From: an uncultured virus (IMG/VR IMGVR_UViG_3300007344_000002)
Lineage: Duplodnaviria; Heunggongvirae; Uroviricota; Caudoviricetes
Length of the DNA: 27,306 nucleotides
IMG/VR virus record: IMGVR_UViG_3300007344_000002
Strand: one strand, 5' to 3'
Positions 14,847 to 26,500 of this stretch are shown here, in pieces (within the stretch, counting starts at the first letter, position 1; each line of letters starts with the position of its first letter). The notes below the pieces were generated by a model, which saw nothing but the letters and a program-made list of their open reading frames with translations, did no database searches and had not been told where the DNA came from. The position numbers and the translations under genes were made by a program.

Positions 14847-16442
14847 ATGACGAACAATAATATATTTTTAGGAAGCGGTGCATCGGTGACATTTGTTCCC
14901 GAAGTTGATTTATACATTGAATCTAACAGTAATACAATTGATAATAGCGTGACGGGATATAGCACTGTCACTATTGATACTAATTTTACTGGAAACTTTT
15001 CCTTAGTCATTGACTTGTATGTTGGTTGTATCATCGAATACTACGACAATGCGGCCCTAACTTCTCGGCATAGAATCACTTCCAATACAGCCACCACTAT
15101 TACCTTCGCAACACAAATTCAAGGAACCATTGATGCTACCAACGATTTCTTTAGAATCAAGAGATATGGCGCACCTTGTCCAGCCCCTAAATCTTCCAGT
15201 GGTTCTGCGGCTAGACTAAATGCTGATAATTGGCTTGGCATTATTGATTCTCTTACCTTCCCCGATAATGAAATAGAAACTAAGCAGACTAATTTAATGG
15301 TTGGTGGTTCTAGAAACTACACCTATCAATACAAAGGAATTGAAACTGCTGGTTCTGCTGATATAGGAGTTATGGCTAATCACGGCGCATGGTTGTACTA
15401 TTTCTTTGGAAAGATTACAGATATTCACGAAGGTTTGGATGCTAGTGGAAGCACCGTCACCTATGCGGCAGATGCGGCAGGTTCTCCCGCTCACTACATA
15501 GCAACAACTACCAATACTCACATTATTGAAGTGACTCCCGAACATACTGGACCTTTCTATTATCGAACCTTAACCGAAGGAGGAACTACCAAAATTATCG
15601 TCCCTCCTGTTGTTAGAGGACATGACTCGGAAAGTGACATGAAGAGAATTACTGCACCTGCTGAACATACAGATGGTTCAATCATTAACGCAATTACTTA
15701 CACCTTTGGAGAACAAGATGGAGAAGATTTACCCTCCTTCGCCTTAGAACAGTCCTTCTCCAAACTGCCTTCTACGAACACATATAGAACCAATAACGCT
15801 AACGCAGATGAAGATTTGAACTTCGTTAGAATTGCTAGAGGAAACCGAGTCAATACTCTAACTCTTACTGCTAATGAAAACGAAGAACTCAAGATGAGTA
15901 TGAATTTAATGTGTAGAAATGTTCATTCTCTAGCCAAAACTGAATTGTATGAGGCAAGAAGAGGAGTGACAGATGAAACACAATTCATCAATTATTCTTC
16001 TACTGATTCTTTCCGAGAACCATTCTTTTTCTCGGATGGTACAATCAATATGTTTGGACAAGAACTATTGAAGATTACTAACTTTACTTTAACAATGAAT
16101 AACACGCTCACAGATAAGAGATTTATTGGCGTTGGAAGTCGTAAAGTAAAGGATGCTATTCCAGCACAAAGAACTTACGAAATGACCTTTAGTGCTATGG
16201 TCACTGACGATAAACTCTACAATGAATTACTAAATACTAGCGAAACAACAGGAAGCAACATTACCCTAAGTTTCACTAAAGGAAACGGCGAGGCAATTAA
16301 CTTGGCGTTTGACAATTATTTCCTAACGACTAACTCTTGGCCTATGCCGGAAGACAAAGGGCCTGTGGTCGTAGAAGGTACAATTATGGCTAGAAGCATA
16401 GGAACTTGTACTGCTAAAACTCACTGGATTCTACAGGGGTGA
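14847..16442 (+). CDS. major tail (tube) protein with extra domains
   Basis: Tube-like C-terminal half: LPSFALEQ, GNRVNTLTLTA, PFFFSDGTI, ITNFTLTMNNTL, RTYEMTFSA. It precedes the chaperones and tape measure. Confidence 0.8.
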   Translation: MTNNNIFLGSGASVTFVPEVDLYIESNSNTIDNSVTGYSTVTIDTNFTGNFSLVIDLYVGCIIEYYDNAALTSRHRITSNTATTITFATQIQGTIDATNDFFRIKRYGAPCPAPKSSSGSAARLNADNWLGIIDSLTFPDNEIETKQTNLMVGGSRNYTYQYKGIETAGSADIGVMANHGAWLYYFFGKITDIHEGLDASGSTVTYAADAAGSPAHYIATTTNTHIIEVTPEHTGPFYYRTLTEGGTTKIIVPPVVRGHDSESDMKRITAPAEHTDGSIINAITYTFGEQDGEDLPSFALEQSFSKLPSTNTYRTNNANADEDLNFVRIARGNRVNTLTLTANENEELKMSMNLMCRNVHSLAKTELYEARRGVTDETQFINYSSTDSFREPFFFSDGTINMFGQELLKITNFTLTMNNTLTDKRFIGVGSRKVKDAIPAQRTYEMTFSAMVTDDKLYNELLNTSETTGSNITLSFTKGNGEAINLAFDNYFLTTNSWPMPEDKGPVVVEGTIMARSIGTCTAKTHWILQG

Positions 16443-16446
16443 TTTT

Positions 16447-16560
16447 TTGGTTGATATATTAACCAAAGAAGAAAAACTTGCTAAGATGCAAGCCCTACAC
16501 TTGCTTAAGAATGCACCGAAAAAAAGAGGTCGCCCTAAGAAAGTAGTAGAAGAAGAGTAA
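16447..16560 (+). CDS. 37-aa AT-hook microprotein (not in ORF track)
   Basis: TTG 16447 after GGGGTGA gives MVDILTKEEKLAKMQALHLLKNAPKKRGRPKKVVEEE*. It fills the gap between the tube and chaperone genes. Confidence 0.65.
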   Translation: MVDILTKEEKLAKMQALHLLKNAPKKRGRPKKVVEEE

Positions 16561-16563
16561 TAT

Positions 16564-16605
16564 TCCACCAACACCGTTTGTTTGTTTGTTGGTTTTGAAG
16601 GTGGA
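16564..16605 (+). promoter_or_regulatory. structured leader or terminator-like element with alternative hairpins overlapping the SD of the tail chaperone
   Basis: ACCAACA (16567-73) pairs with TGTTGGT (16587-93) around a (GTTT)3 loop and is followed by TTT. TCCACC (16564-69) is complementary to GGTGGA (16600-05). Confidence 0.4.
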
Positions 16606-16612
16606 GAAAACT

Positions 16613-16975
16613 ATGGAAAATACCGTAAAAGATAAGAGTGTGCTATTTGCACTACAAGAAGAGAAGTGTCACGAATTAAGAGTGTCACCGGAAAGCGACG
16701 AATACCTTAAGGTTTGGATTAGAGAACCTACATGGCTAGAAGTAGAACAAGCCATGACTTCTCTAATGAACATTGATGCCAAGACGCAAAGTTTTGACAT
16801 CGACCTAAATGGAATGTACCGCTACCTAGTAGAGAAGTTTGTTGTTCGCACAGAACCAAGTCTATCTACTCTAGAACTAATTAGACTCACGCCGTATATC
16901 GGCTCACAATTGAAAGAAGTGCTACCTAACCCAATGGAAGCACTAGGCGAGGATTCAGCAAAAAACGAAGAGTGA
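16613..16975 (+). CDS. tail assembly chaperone (lambda gpG-like)
   Basis: 120-aa acidic protein between tail tube and tape measure. ATG 16613 after GGTGGAG. Ends in a slippery heptamer. Confidence 0.75.
   Translation: MENTVKDKSVLFALQEEKCHELRVSPESDEYLKVWIREPTWLEVEQAMTSLMNIDAKTQSFDIDLNGMYRYLVEKFVVRTEPSLSTLELIRLTPYIGSQLKEVLPNPMEALGEDSAKNEE
16960..16966 (+). other. programmed -1 ribosomal frameshift site A AAA AAC
   Basis: X XXY YYZ heptamer correctly phased (GCA AAA AAC GAA GAG TGA). The -1 frame reads K-K-R-R-V-R-D-A-L... without a stop into ORF 16972-17178. Confidence 0.8.
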
Positions 16976-17178
16976 GAGATGCCCTTAACGGTAGGAGTAA
17001 AGACCCTGCTATGGCATCTCTCTTAATCACCTATACATTGTCTAGCGCATTATCAATAAGTCCCTTAGAAGTGATGCAAATGCCAGCAAGTATGGTGATG
17101 GACTTTTTGTATATCCACAGGAATGTAGAAGAACTTAAAGCCGAAGCCATGAACAAGGAAATGAATAAGGCGAAGTGA
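16972..17178 (+). CDS. tail assembly chaperone frameshift extension (gpT-like)
   Basis: Lies in the -1 frame relative to the upstream chaperone. LSISPLEVMQMP resembles typical gpT C-terminal motifs. Directly precedes the tape measure gene. Confidence 0.7.
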   Translation: MRDALNGRSKDPAMASLLITYTLSSALSISPLEVMQMPASMVMDFLYIHRNVEELKAEAMNKEMNKAK

Positions 17179-17182
17179 TAAC

Positions 17183-18709
17183 ATGGCTGAATTAAATTTG
17201 GAAAAAATCAACAACAACATGTATGGTTTAGTCCAAATTCAAAAAGAAATGCTTACTATTCTAAGAGCATCTAGTACTGCTATGAAAGCACAAAGCAAAG
17301 CAATGGAAACTTTGGGGGAATCTGCTAAAGAAACCACTAAACAAGTAGGTGAAGTAGAAACAATACTTACTAGATTTATTGGTACTGGGGAAAAAGGATT
17401 TTTAAGAAGAACCACTGGAGGTGCGGGTTTCTTCCATAAAATGATGTACGGAGTCCCCGGCTATTTCATCTTTAAAAATCGTATGGACGGATTACTATCC
17501 GGAATTGATAAGTTTGTTTTGAAGCCTTTAGCGGGAGGGAATAGAGATGGTTTTATGGCTAAGGTTCTCTATGGAGTTGGAGGTTCTTTTAGGAAATCTA
17601 AAAGCCAAATAGAGGCTTTGGGTTCTTTAGTCACAAAGGGAATGCCGAAGTTTCAAGGCCCTGCTCCTAGAGGTGGATTTAGAAACCCCAATACGGGTAG
17701 GTTTGAATCTAGGCCAAAATTAAACTTAATGACTTGGATTACTACATCAAAATTAGGAGTATTTATTTCTAAAAGTATGAGTGAATTGAAAAAACAAGGA
17801 AAATGGAATAGATTTAAACAGAAACTTTCCGCCAAAGGAAAGTCCTTTTTTAAATTCATAAAAAGTGGAGCATTATTTTTTGCTAGTGCTTTATTGGTTA
17901 TGGCTAAATTAGGTGTAGCAGTTTTAGGAGGTTTAATAGTTCTATTTTTCATAGTCAAGGCTTTGAAGCGGTTAGGAGTAAGTGCTAGTTTCTTTGAAGA
18001 ATGGGGAAGGAACATTTTAGAATTCATAAAACAAGGAATTTCAATGGTAGGGGCTGGTGTAGGTAAAATGGCGGAAGGAATAGGGGAAATATATTCTGCT
18101 ATATTTGGTGATGGTGATATTAACGATTTACTAGGGGGATTCTTTAAGACCGCAGAAGGACTTTTGGAAGTCTTTGGAGGACTAATTCTTATTATTTTAT
18201 CTCCTTTATTGGCTTTAATACAAACTACATTAGAGGCGATTTATGATAAAATGGTACAGAATGCCGAACAAATATACATGGGCTTTGCTAAATTACTGAT
18301 GATAATTGGTCTTATAGCGGCTGGAGTTGCCTTCATATTAGTTTCATTTGGGGCAATAGGAGTATTAGTGGCGGCGGCTCCATACCTAATCGTGGCTGGT
18401 ATAATAGGAGCAATTGGAATACTAGTAGCGGCAATTAATCCATTCGCTAATGGTGGTGTGACTAAGAGCGGCCTCTCCTTAGTTGGAGAAAGAGGGCCGG
18501 AACTAGTAAGACTACCAAAGGGAAGTCGAGTACATTCTAATCAAGAATCTAGAAGAATGATGAGCAGTGGAGGAAATAATATCACTGTCAATATCAACGG
18601 AAGAGTAGGGTCTTCCGATAGTGAATTAAGAATCATAGCACAGAAGGTTGGTAAAATGATTAACAAGGAAATCAACAGAACGACTTCCTCTAGAAGTTTG
18701 GGAGCATGA
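17183..18709 (+). CDS. tail tape measure protein (508 aa)
   Basis: Follows the G/GT chaperones. Helical, G/A/I/L-rich with hydrophobic stretches. C-terminal FANGG...LVGERGPELV motif is common in tape measure proteins. Confidence 0.85.
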   Translation: MAELNLEKINNNMYGLVQIQKEMLTILRASSTAMKAQSKAMETLGESAKETTKQVGEVETILTRFIGTGEKGFLRRTTGGAGFFHKMMYGVPGYFIFKNRMDGLLSGIDKFVLKPLAGGNRDGFMAKVLYGVGGSFRKSKSQIEALGSLVTKGMPKFQGPAPRGGFRNPNTGRFESRPKLNLMTWITTSKLGVFISKSMSELKKQGKWNRFKQKLSAKGKSFFKFIKSGALFFASALLVMAKLGVAVLGGLIVLFFIVKALKRLGVSASFFEEWGRNILEFIKQGISMVGAGVGKMAEGIGEIYSAIFGDGDINDLLGGFFKTAEGLLEVFGGLILIILSPLLALIQTTLEAIYDKMVQNAEQIYMGFAKLLMIIGLIAAGVAFILVSFGAIGVLVAAAPYLIVAGIIGAIGILVAAINPFANGGVTKSGLSLVGERGPELVRLPKGSRVHSNQESRRMMSSGGNNITVNINGRVGSSDSELRIIAQKVGKMINKEINRTTSSRSLGA

Positions 18710-18713
18710 TAAT

Positions 18714-19382
18714 ATGAGCGCACTAGACCATGTAGTATTCTTGAAATTTGGGGCCTATTCGACTGCTGACTTATCTATCAATACCATTCCATTGAAAGTC
18801 ACTAGTATGAGCATCAGCACTAACAAGACCATTCCTTCCGTTGAAGTACCTCTATCGGGGGCATTATCCGGAGAATCAATAACAGCCGCACTAGACTTAG
18901 GTATGGCTTCTAAGAGTGTAAGCCTACAAGGTTTCATTACAGAACAGGCTATCAATAAAAAGTGGAGTGAAAGTGACGCACCCACAGGAGCAAAAACATA
19001 CACACCTATTGAGATAGCACAGATGATTCATTCCAGCGTAGACTCAACAGGAATACAAACATATCAGTCGATTAACGAATTAGTTTTTCTTTATGATTCT
19101 AAGGTAGGTAATGATGGAAACTCTAGAACTGCTGTTTCTATTCCATTTACTTATGCTTCTAGAGGCGATGAAGGGAAATTGGATAACTATGGTACTAGAG
19201 ATGATTTGAAAAGTGACTTTCCAACTTCAAGTACTTCCGAAGGAATGAAAGGATTCATTAGAAGTTTTGAAACCACAATAGACTCGGAAACTATTGATGT
19301 GAGTTTTAATTTGCAGTTTGAAATCGCAGAAGTGTTCCCAAGTGGAAAGGTTGCTACCAAGTTAGCCGACGCTCTTTCTTGA
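18714..19382 (+). CDS. putative distal tail (Dit-like) protein
   Basis: Directly after the tape measure gene. Beta-rich tube-like pattern (LDLGMASKSVSLQGFI ... KGFIRSFETTI...VSFNLQFEIA). Confidence 0.55.
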   Translation: MSALDHVVFLKFGAYSTADLSINTIPLKVTSMSISTNKTIPSVEVPLSGALSGESITAALDLGMASKSVSLQGFITEQAINKKWSESDAPTGAKTYTPIEIAQMIHSSVDSTGIQTYQSINELVFLYDSKVGNDGNSRTAVSIPFTYASRGDEGKLDNYGTRDDLKSDFPTSSTSEGMKGFIRSFETTIDSETIDVSFNLQFEIAEVFPSGKVATKLADALS

Positions 19383-19391
19383 GGTGAAATT

Positions 19392-20552
19392 ATGTATCGA
19401 GTATTAACAGGAAAGCAACGAAGTTTAGTCTTCCCTGTAATGTGTAATGGTCATGTCAAAATAGACTATTATGATAATATTGCGATAGGAGCAGATGCTA
19501 GCGTAGGAAGTAGTGATGATGTAATCTACGGTCCTTGGTCTTTAGACGACGCTTTTACTATCGAGGCTACTGTGACACCCTATGACATAAATGGATTCGG
19601 AAGGCATAGTGTAGGTAGTTTAACAGGCGTTGCTACTGATTCGGGAAAGGTAATGCCAGCAGTAGATAACGATGTGACTCAAACAGATTATATCTCTCAT
19701 TATTATTTGGCTGAGACTGCAAAACATACACATGAGATGAGAATATTTCATAGTAGTAAAGCACAACTTTCTTTGATAAATACCACTTCACATAATGAAA
19801 ATCAACCAGCAGAATACAAGATTAAATTTTCTGTCACACTAGGAACTACTACTCAAAACCTAGAAACTTCTGCGTTGATTTTGCCTTCTATCGGAATAAA
19901 TTGGCCCCTCATAAGTCACACTTCGGGAGGTTCTTATGGTAGCGGTATTTTAGATTCAAAGGGGAAATACACTCATGTTTTTGCTAAAACAACAAAATCA
20001 AGTGGGAATAGTGGAACTACTTTGACCTTTCTTTCTACTGCAAATAATATACTACATGAAGACCAAGAACTATTCATAAAGAATGGATTTGGTTTTACTT
20101 CCATAGGAAAGGTTGCCGCCACTCCATCGTCTTCTTCCGGAGATTCCTTTGCAGTGACTTTGGATACTTCTCAATCTACTGCATTAAATTCAACAGACCT
20201 TTTTATCAAAGCACCAATGAATCCATCTTATGTTGATGGGTTATTTCACATAGCCGCTACTTATGATTCGGCTAGTAAAGTAATGGCAATTTATTTTAAT
20301 AATAGTGAAGTAGCAAGTGCCACTCATTCTGGAAGTGGGACTTTTGCTATGGATAAAGAAGATTTATTTTTAGGTGCTAATGGTAGTGGGGCCACTGGTC
20401 AAAATAGTGCAACTACCAATAAACAATTCATGGGAGAGTTTCACGAATTTGCCATGAGTAGAGGGGCTAGAAATAAATTCAATGTCAATAATTTAACCCC
20501 TAGATTTGCAGATACCGTACTTTATTTTAGATTCGAGGAGATAGACCAATGA
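19392..20552 (+). CDS. tail protein with a LamG/concanavalin-A-like domain
   Basis: LamG-like motifs FTIEATVTP, FHIAATYD...MAIYFNN, LFLGANG, FMGEFHEFAM. SD GAGGTGA. Confidence 0.75.
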   Translation: MYRVLTGKQRSLVFPVMCNGHVKIDYYDNIAIGADASVGSSDDVIYGPWSLDDAFTIEATVTPYDINGFGRHSVGSLTGVATDSGKVMPAVDNDVTQTDYISHYYLAETAKHTHEMRIFHSSKAQLSLINTTSHNENQPAEYKIKFSVTLGTTTQNLETSALILPSIGINWPLISHTSGGSYGSGILDSKGKYTHVFAKTTKSSGNSGTTLTFLSTANNILHEDQELFIKNGFGFTSIGKVAATPSSSSGDSFAVTLDTSQSTALNSTDLFIKAPMNPSYVDGLFHIAATYDSASKVMAIYFNNSEVASATHSGSGTFAMDKEDLFLGANGSGATGQNSATTNKQFMGEFHEFAMSRGARNKFNVNNLTPRFADTVLYFRFEEIDQ

Positions 20553-23500
20553 CAGCAGTTTATGTGATGCGTAAAGGCACTACAATAAATCCCACTGTAG
20601 TCGCTACTCTAGCAAACGCAGGGAACAATGTCAATTTCGATTGTCCTACGAATCCCATTATCCATGACACGGCTACTTGCACTGATACTCATAGAATGTT
20701 CACTTACATTTCTACTGATGATTCTAATAATGACACCTTTATTCAACAATTACAAGGTTCGGATTCTGCTGGTACTCAATATTCTAATTTAGAAAATACT
20801 GAGGGGTATAAGATAAAGTGCTATGATAGTATTTCGGGAGAAGGCATCCGCCTAAATTCTACTGCTAGTGACCACAACTACTATGTCTTGATAAACTCGG
20901 ATAATGGATTAACTCATCACTTTGCTAGAATTACACAATTTACTACTGACGATGTTTCGGGAGATAGTTTTGAATTTGAGCCAAGACTAGGTTCTTCTAT
21001 TACTAAGAATACTAAATTCATGGTGTTCAAGGGAGATGATGAAGATGAATCTACTATTGTAGCAGTAAGTAGTGGTATTCTTGCTACAGAGATTACTGCT
21101 GGTAGCACTACCTACAGAATGAATAAATCATTGCTATGCTCTAAACCCCTATTTTACTTCCACAATTCTAGACTAGATAAGAAGAATCAACTTGACCACA
21201 ATAAAAAATATTATGTCAAATATGCTTCTTCTCAAATGAGCAGTGCTACCATTAATTCATTTACAACAAATACATTTATCACTTCTCAAGATTATGGATT
21301 CTTGATTAAAGACTATAGCAAGTTTAACATCAAAACTACACTTGTTGATAATCTAAAAACACTAGACGACCCTACCAATACTAACAGTTATAATAGCACC
21401 AAACAGACTTCCAATGAAGGATTGACATTAGCGAATAATGACTTTACAGATTACGATGAATCGTTTTACAATGCTAGGCGTGACGACGACAATGTGAAAT
21501 CCGCTCTCAATCTAGTTGGCCCATATCGGTATCTTCACTACGGTTATTCTCCCGAAACAGCCAACGAAGCCCCTATGGTTCTTAGCACCAATTTGAAAGA
21601 ATCGTATGGACGAAGGGGGGGTTATGCGGAGTCAAAAATCGTAGACACCTCCCGAATCATGTCCTCAAAGGTAGGGGAGTTTGAGGCTTTTAGAGTTCGA
21701 CAACAACAGCATAGAGGTGAGTTCTTTGAGTGGTTCCCGCTCAAGGCTACAGTGAAAGCAAATGTCACAGGAAATGAATACACATTTACTACAGAAGAAG
21801 GATATGATTTAGCGAATTTGTTATCAGCAAATGATGAAGTTTTGGTAGGGTCTAGAGTAGTTAGATTGGCCTCTAGTAGTCCGATAGATTCTTTCAATAC
21901 TAGTGCATTTACACAAGACATTACTTTCACTTCTAGTTCTAGATTAGATACAGAAAGTTCCTTTTCTACATCTTCCTATACATTAAGTGCAGGGGATAGA
22001 TTATACCGTAGGGCATTTAGTTCATCTAAGAACAATCTACTTACCACCTTTCCTTTCGTGGAAGGTAGAGAAAGCCAACTAAGAATAGTTTTCTTGGATA
22101 AGAACTATGCCGGACTAGAAGCAACCGTGACAGGCTCAAGTAAAGACCAAAAATATTTGACCCTATCTTTTACTAATGCCGAGGTTAGAAAATCTTCTAC
22201 AGCATTTACATCTTTAGAATATATTTCCGGACAATATATCATTGAAGTAGAGAGATTCAACGGAGAAATAGAACAAATAGAAATAGACAAAAATATGGGT
22301 ATGAGTACCATGACTATTTCCGGTAGAGATAATTATTCAAAACTAATTTCTCCAATAGTAAATCGTAATTCTAATTTCTCCGAAGATGTAATTTATTCAA
22401 CTATGAGTCCACACAATAAGTTAGAACTTGTCGGTGTTTTGGATAGTGGGAATGATTTGAATTTCAATAGTAAGACCTTTGATTTAACATCGTCGATAAC
22501 AGTTAATTCTTTAGCAAATACAAAACTCTTCGTGAAATATACTAATGGAGTTGTAGCATATATAGGAGAAGGGGCCTCTAACACCACTACTAGAATTACT
22601 CTCAAAAACTTACCATTAACAGAAGCATACGGGACTTCCACGCATAATGAAGTACAATTGTGGAAAGAAATAGAAACAAATTACATTCTAAACAAAGCCC
22701 TATCTTCTAACAATAAACTACCCACTTTTGCTACTAGCCTAGGAGGAAACAGTGACAAGGGACTGCTTTTCAGCAGTGGCGAAAAACTAGACGGTACTTT
22801 ATTGAGTGGAAGTACTACTTCTAGAACTTCCGGAGTTGATAGCAATGCGGTTGGATTTCATATACAACACCCCACTTCTATAGGAAAAGAAGAAGCATTC
22901 CAAGCCAAACTAAGCGATGGAGGTACAAATTATGAAACCTTTGAAACAGTCAATACCTTGATTGATTTTACTGTCTTGAATACTTCTACTGTAGATGGAA
23001 AGACCACCATAGAATTAGCCCCTTATCTTCCTGTCACTTTAGGAAGAGTAGACCACAACGATTACGATACTTATGATGTGACATTAACTACAATAGGTAC
23101 TACTACAGGAAGCGATGGTGGTTTCGATATTGATGGTAAAAAATACTTAGACATCACCCCATCTAACACTTCTACTATTAAAGCGGTAGCAGATGTAGGA
23201 TTGCCTATTTATTTGAGTTCTATATTTGTAGGATATTGCACTCAAGTAGTATGCTATAATACAGTCTCAAGCGGGGCAGATACTTGGAGAGTTTTCTTGG
23301 ATAGGCCAGTGAACAATTTCAGTTCCGGAGAAACTATTTCCACATTAGGATTCACAACTGCTGTAAATAATCAGTATTCCGGAAAAAATACTCATAATTT
23401 GTACCTAGTAAATGGAGAGCATTTACATGGAGGTAAGATGGTGACGCTATTGAATTCCTTATATGGAGTAGAAGCGGGAGTCGCCTACAGTGCTGATGAT

Positions 23501-26500
23501 ATGCAGAAGCCAACCTATTACAATTACATTAGGCCAACTACAGCACTATCTCACGAATTGGTCGGAACCTATATTGAAAAATATGGGGTTCCACTTTACA
23601 AAATAAACCACATTGAGAAAGGAATTTTCAATAGAAAAACTCAAGCAATCGCCAGCGACTATCACACTACTGATGCTAGCCCAACAGAAAAAGAAGAGGT
23701 CGGTAGGGCTTCCGATGCTAATTACTATGACGGTAGTAGTTCTGTTCAATATTATGCCTCGGCTTACAAAATGAATCAAGGAAGAAGTTCTACCGCTTTA
23801 GAAAAGATACCTAGTAGATTTAGAGAAACTTCTCATTTGCATTTGCCGGTTGAAGAAAGAGGATACTTCCCCGCTAGCGGTTCACTGTTTTGGGATTATA
23901 TCATACACGAAGCAAGTCACACTAGAGATAAAGTTCTAACTTCTCACGACCCTACATTAGGTGGCAGGGTCAAATCTAATTTCTACATTAAAGATTTCTT
24001 AGAACAACTAGACCCAAAGACTGCTAGACTCTTCTTATTTGCGACTTCGGACTTATTACCATATAGTAGTTTAAGAGATGATAGTTTGTTCTACTCTAAT
24101 AGAGATTTGAAAAACTTTAGTCTATATTTGTTGAACAAACCGACAGAAGATACTACTTCCGATAAACACTCCAAGTATGGAGGTGCTGGAAAGGCAAAGA
24201 AATACTTAGACAGTGATTATGATACTGCGGCCATTCTAGAATACGATGTAGAAGACATTACCAAAATGACCACTTTTGGTTTAATGAGATTAACCGAGGT
24301 ATTGTTTGACTCGAATATGAATCAAATAAATCCGGAACATCTACCGGACAAAAAGAAAACAATGAGAGTTTTTAATTATCACTATTATGAATTTACAGAT
24401 TTAGGAACGACTTTTGGTTTTAGAGATTCCGACGATGCTATACTCACTACTTCAGATGTAAGTTCGTCCCTAAGTGCAAATGACATTATTTGTGATAGCG
24501 ATGGAAACATGATTGGGGAAGTTTCTAGTGTTTCGACCACTACAATAACGCTAAAGAATTTGTATCATGGAGATTCTACTAGAAAGATAGTAAAGACAAC
24601 TAGTTCGGGAGGAATTGCTACAGGTAATTTATTCAAGGCAGTTAAACACCAAGCCGCATTTAGTGGACACGGTGATGCACAGAATGTCAACAAACTAGAT
24701 GGTTCTATACAACCCCTAGTTGCTTTATTTCACGGTGGAAATTATTCTAGTGATGCTTTCACGGATGAAGCGGGTCAAGCATTCAATGTAGGAAGTACAA
24801 GTGCTGGACACGAAAGCCACTTGGCTTTGCCTATGGTAATCACCAACATTACCTTTGATTCGGAACAACACAATGGACACTCTAGTCTTCTTCTTAAGCA
24901 ATATAATGACCTAAAATTACACACCAATTCTCCCGCTACAGCCGCCTCTTTCTTGAAGAGTGGATTGGTGGGTATGGTCCTTGATAGATTTGATATTTCC
25001 GGAGGGGATACCCTGTCCAGTGCTGGTACAGTAATGCCTCCAATTAACAATTCACATCTAAGAGAGTACAGTGCTACAGGCAAGAACTTTACAATTATCA
25101 ATTACGGTATGGCTACTAGACCCAACCGATTTGCTACTACTAAATTAGATAATAATGGAGGTGGTCTTGCCGCATCTTCCGATGTTACTACGGATGCAGA
25201 AGGAATATATTTAGGATTTAAATTAAGGGTAAAATTACCTGCCAAGGAATCAACAAATCCTAGGGGGCCTTCCGGAACAACCCATTACAAATATATTCTA
25301 AACTCTAGCACCTATCCATATTTAGATTATGTGAAAGACTTAACAGGTTGTTATTTGGCCTCCGAAGCAGGTACAGAATACGCAACAGGAACAGCAGTAG
25401 CGCAACCTGCTATTGACGCAGATACTCAACAACATAGCATGCAGAATGTTTCTCCTACCTTTTTAGGATATGTCGTTTCCCATGAAATAGATAGTGGAAA
25501 TAGCACTAAAAGACACGTTTTGATACTAGACCAACAATTGACTGCGGGATATTACAGAGTTATGCAACCCAATGAAACCTGTACTTATGAATACACACCT
25601 AGCAGAATTAAGTTGAATACTCTATCCTCGGAATATACTAAGATGCCATATAAAGATGAAACTTATTCGGCTACCCAAGACTATCACATAAGGGTGGAGT
25701 CTTCTCACGATAGGTCGCTAAATGGTTCTTTTGAAAATGTAGGCCACAATGAGGGAGTGTTATCTATGTATTGCACTGTAGATTTAGATGGAAAAATTGC
25801 ATCTGGCACTACAGAACATATCGTGTCTAGAAGTCCACTATTGGCCCTATACCAATTCGCTGATATGACAACTAAGAAGGCAGAAATACCTTCAACATTA
25901 TGCGTCAGCGATGGTAATACTACCTTCAAAACTTCAACTGAAATAGATTGGCTAGGAACAGGAGATGGCGAAACCATAGGAAGAGGACTTACTATTACCT
26001 TTGGAGAACACAAGTTGACTAAGGGTGTAGTTTCAGTATCGGATACGATTACTATTACTACGAATAAGAACTTAAAAGGAAAACCTATTCGTGCTGTTAT
26101 AGGTTCGGGAGTCACTATTGGAGAAGAAACAGAAACCCTCATCAATAATCTCTTTGAAGAGAATGACATAGAATTCACTACTGGTTATACCGACGACTAC
26201 CCACTAGTTGTAGCACCTAATCTAAAGGGAGTAGACTTATTCTCTGCAATCAACTACTTAATTGAAAAGAAGAATAAACAATTGATTTATGATAATGACA
26301 AATTCTCAATTAAGGACCAAAAGGATTCAGCCTTTTCACCAAAGATAAAAATTACTGATATGAATAATGATTTACAAATCATCAACTTTAGCCAATCCGA
26401 TGTTCTCTTTGACTTTTACAATGAAGTAAGAGTCTATTCTAAGGATAAGATTGCTATTAGGAAGAACGGCACTAGTATTAGTAAGAGAGGAAGAAAGGTA

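Noticed and set aside
14847..16442. Contractile tail sheath, suggested by its 531-aa size
   Set aside because: The C-terminal half has tube-like motifs, no separate tube gene follows, and no baseplate wedge genes are recognisable.
16576..16590. (GTTT)n as a CRISPR or tandem repeat array
   Set aside because: Only three to four 4-nt units with no spacers. It is treated as part of the leader structure instead.
172..16612. ORF-track starts at 172, 3361, 6943, 13396, 13898 and 16586
   Set aside because: Downstream ATGs (187, 3391, 7000, 13405, 13916, 16613) fit SD position, gene packing or the shared leader better.
17183..18709. Membrane transporter
   Set aside because: Position after the frameshifted chaperones and the C-terminal GERGPE motif identify it as a tape measure protein.
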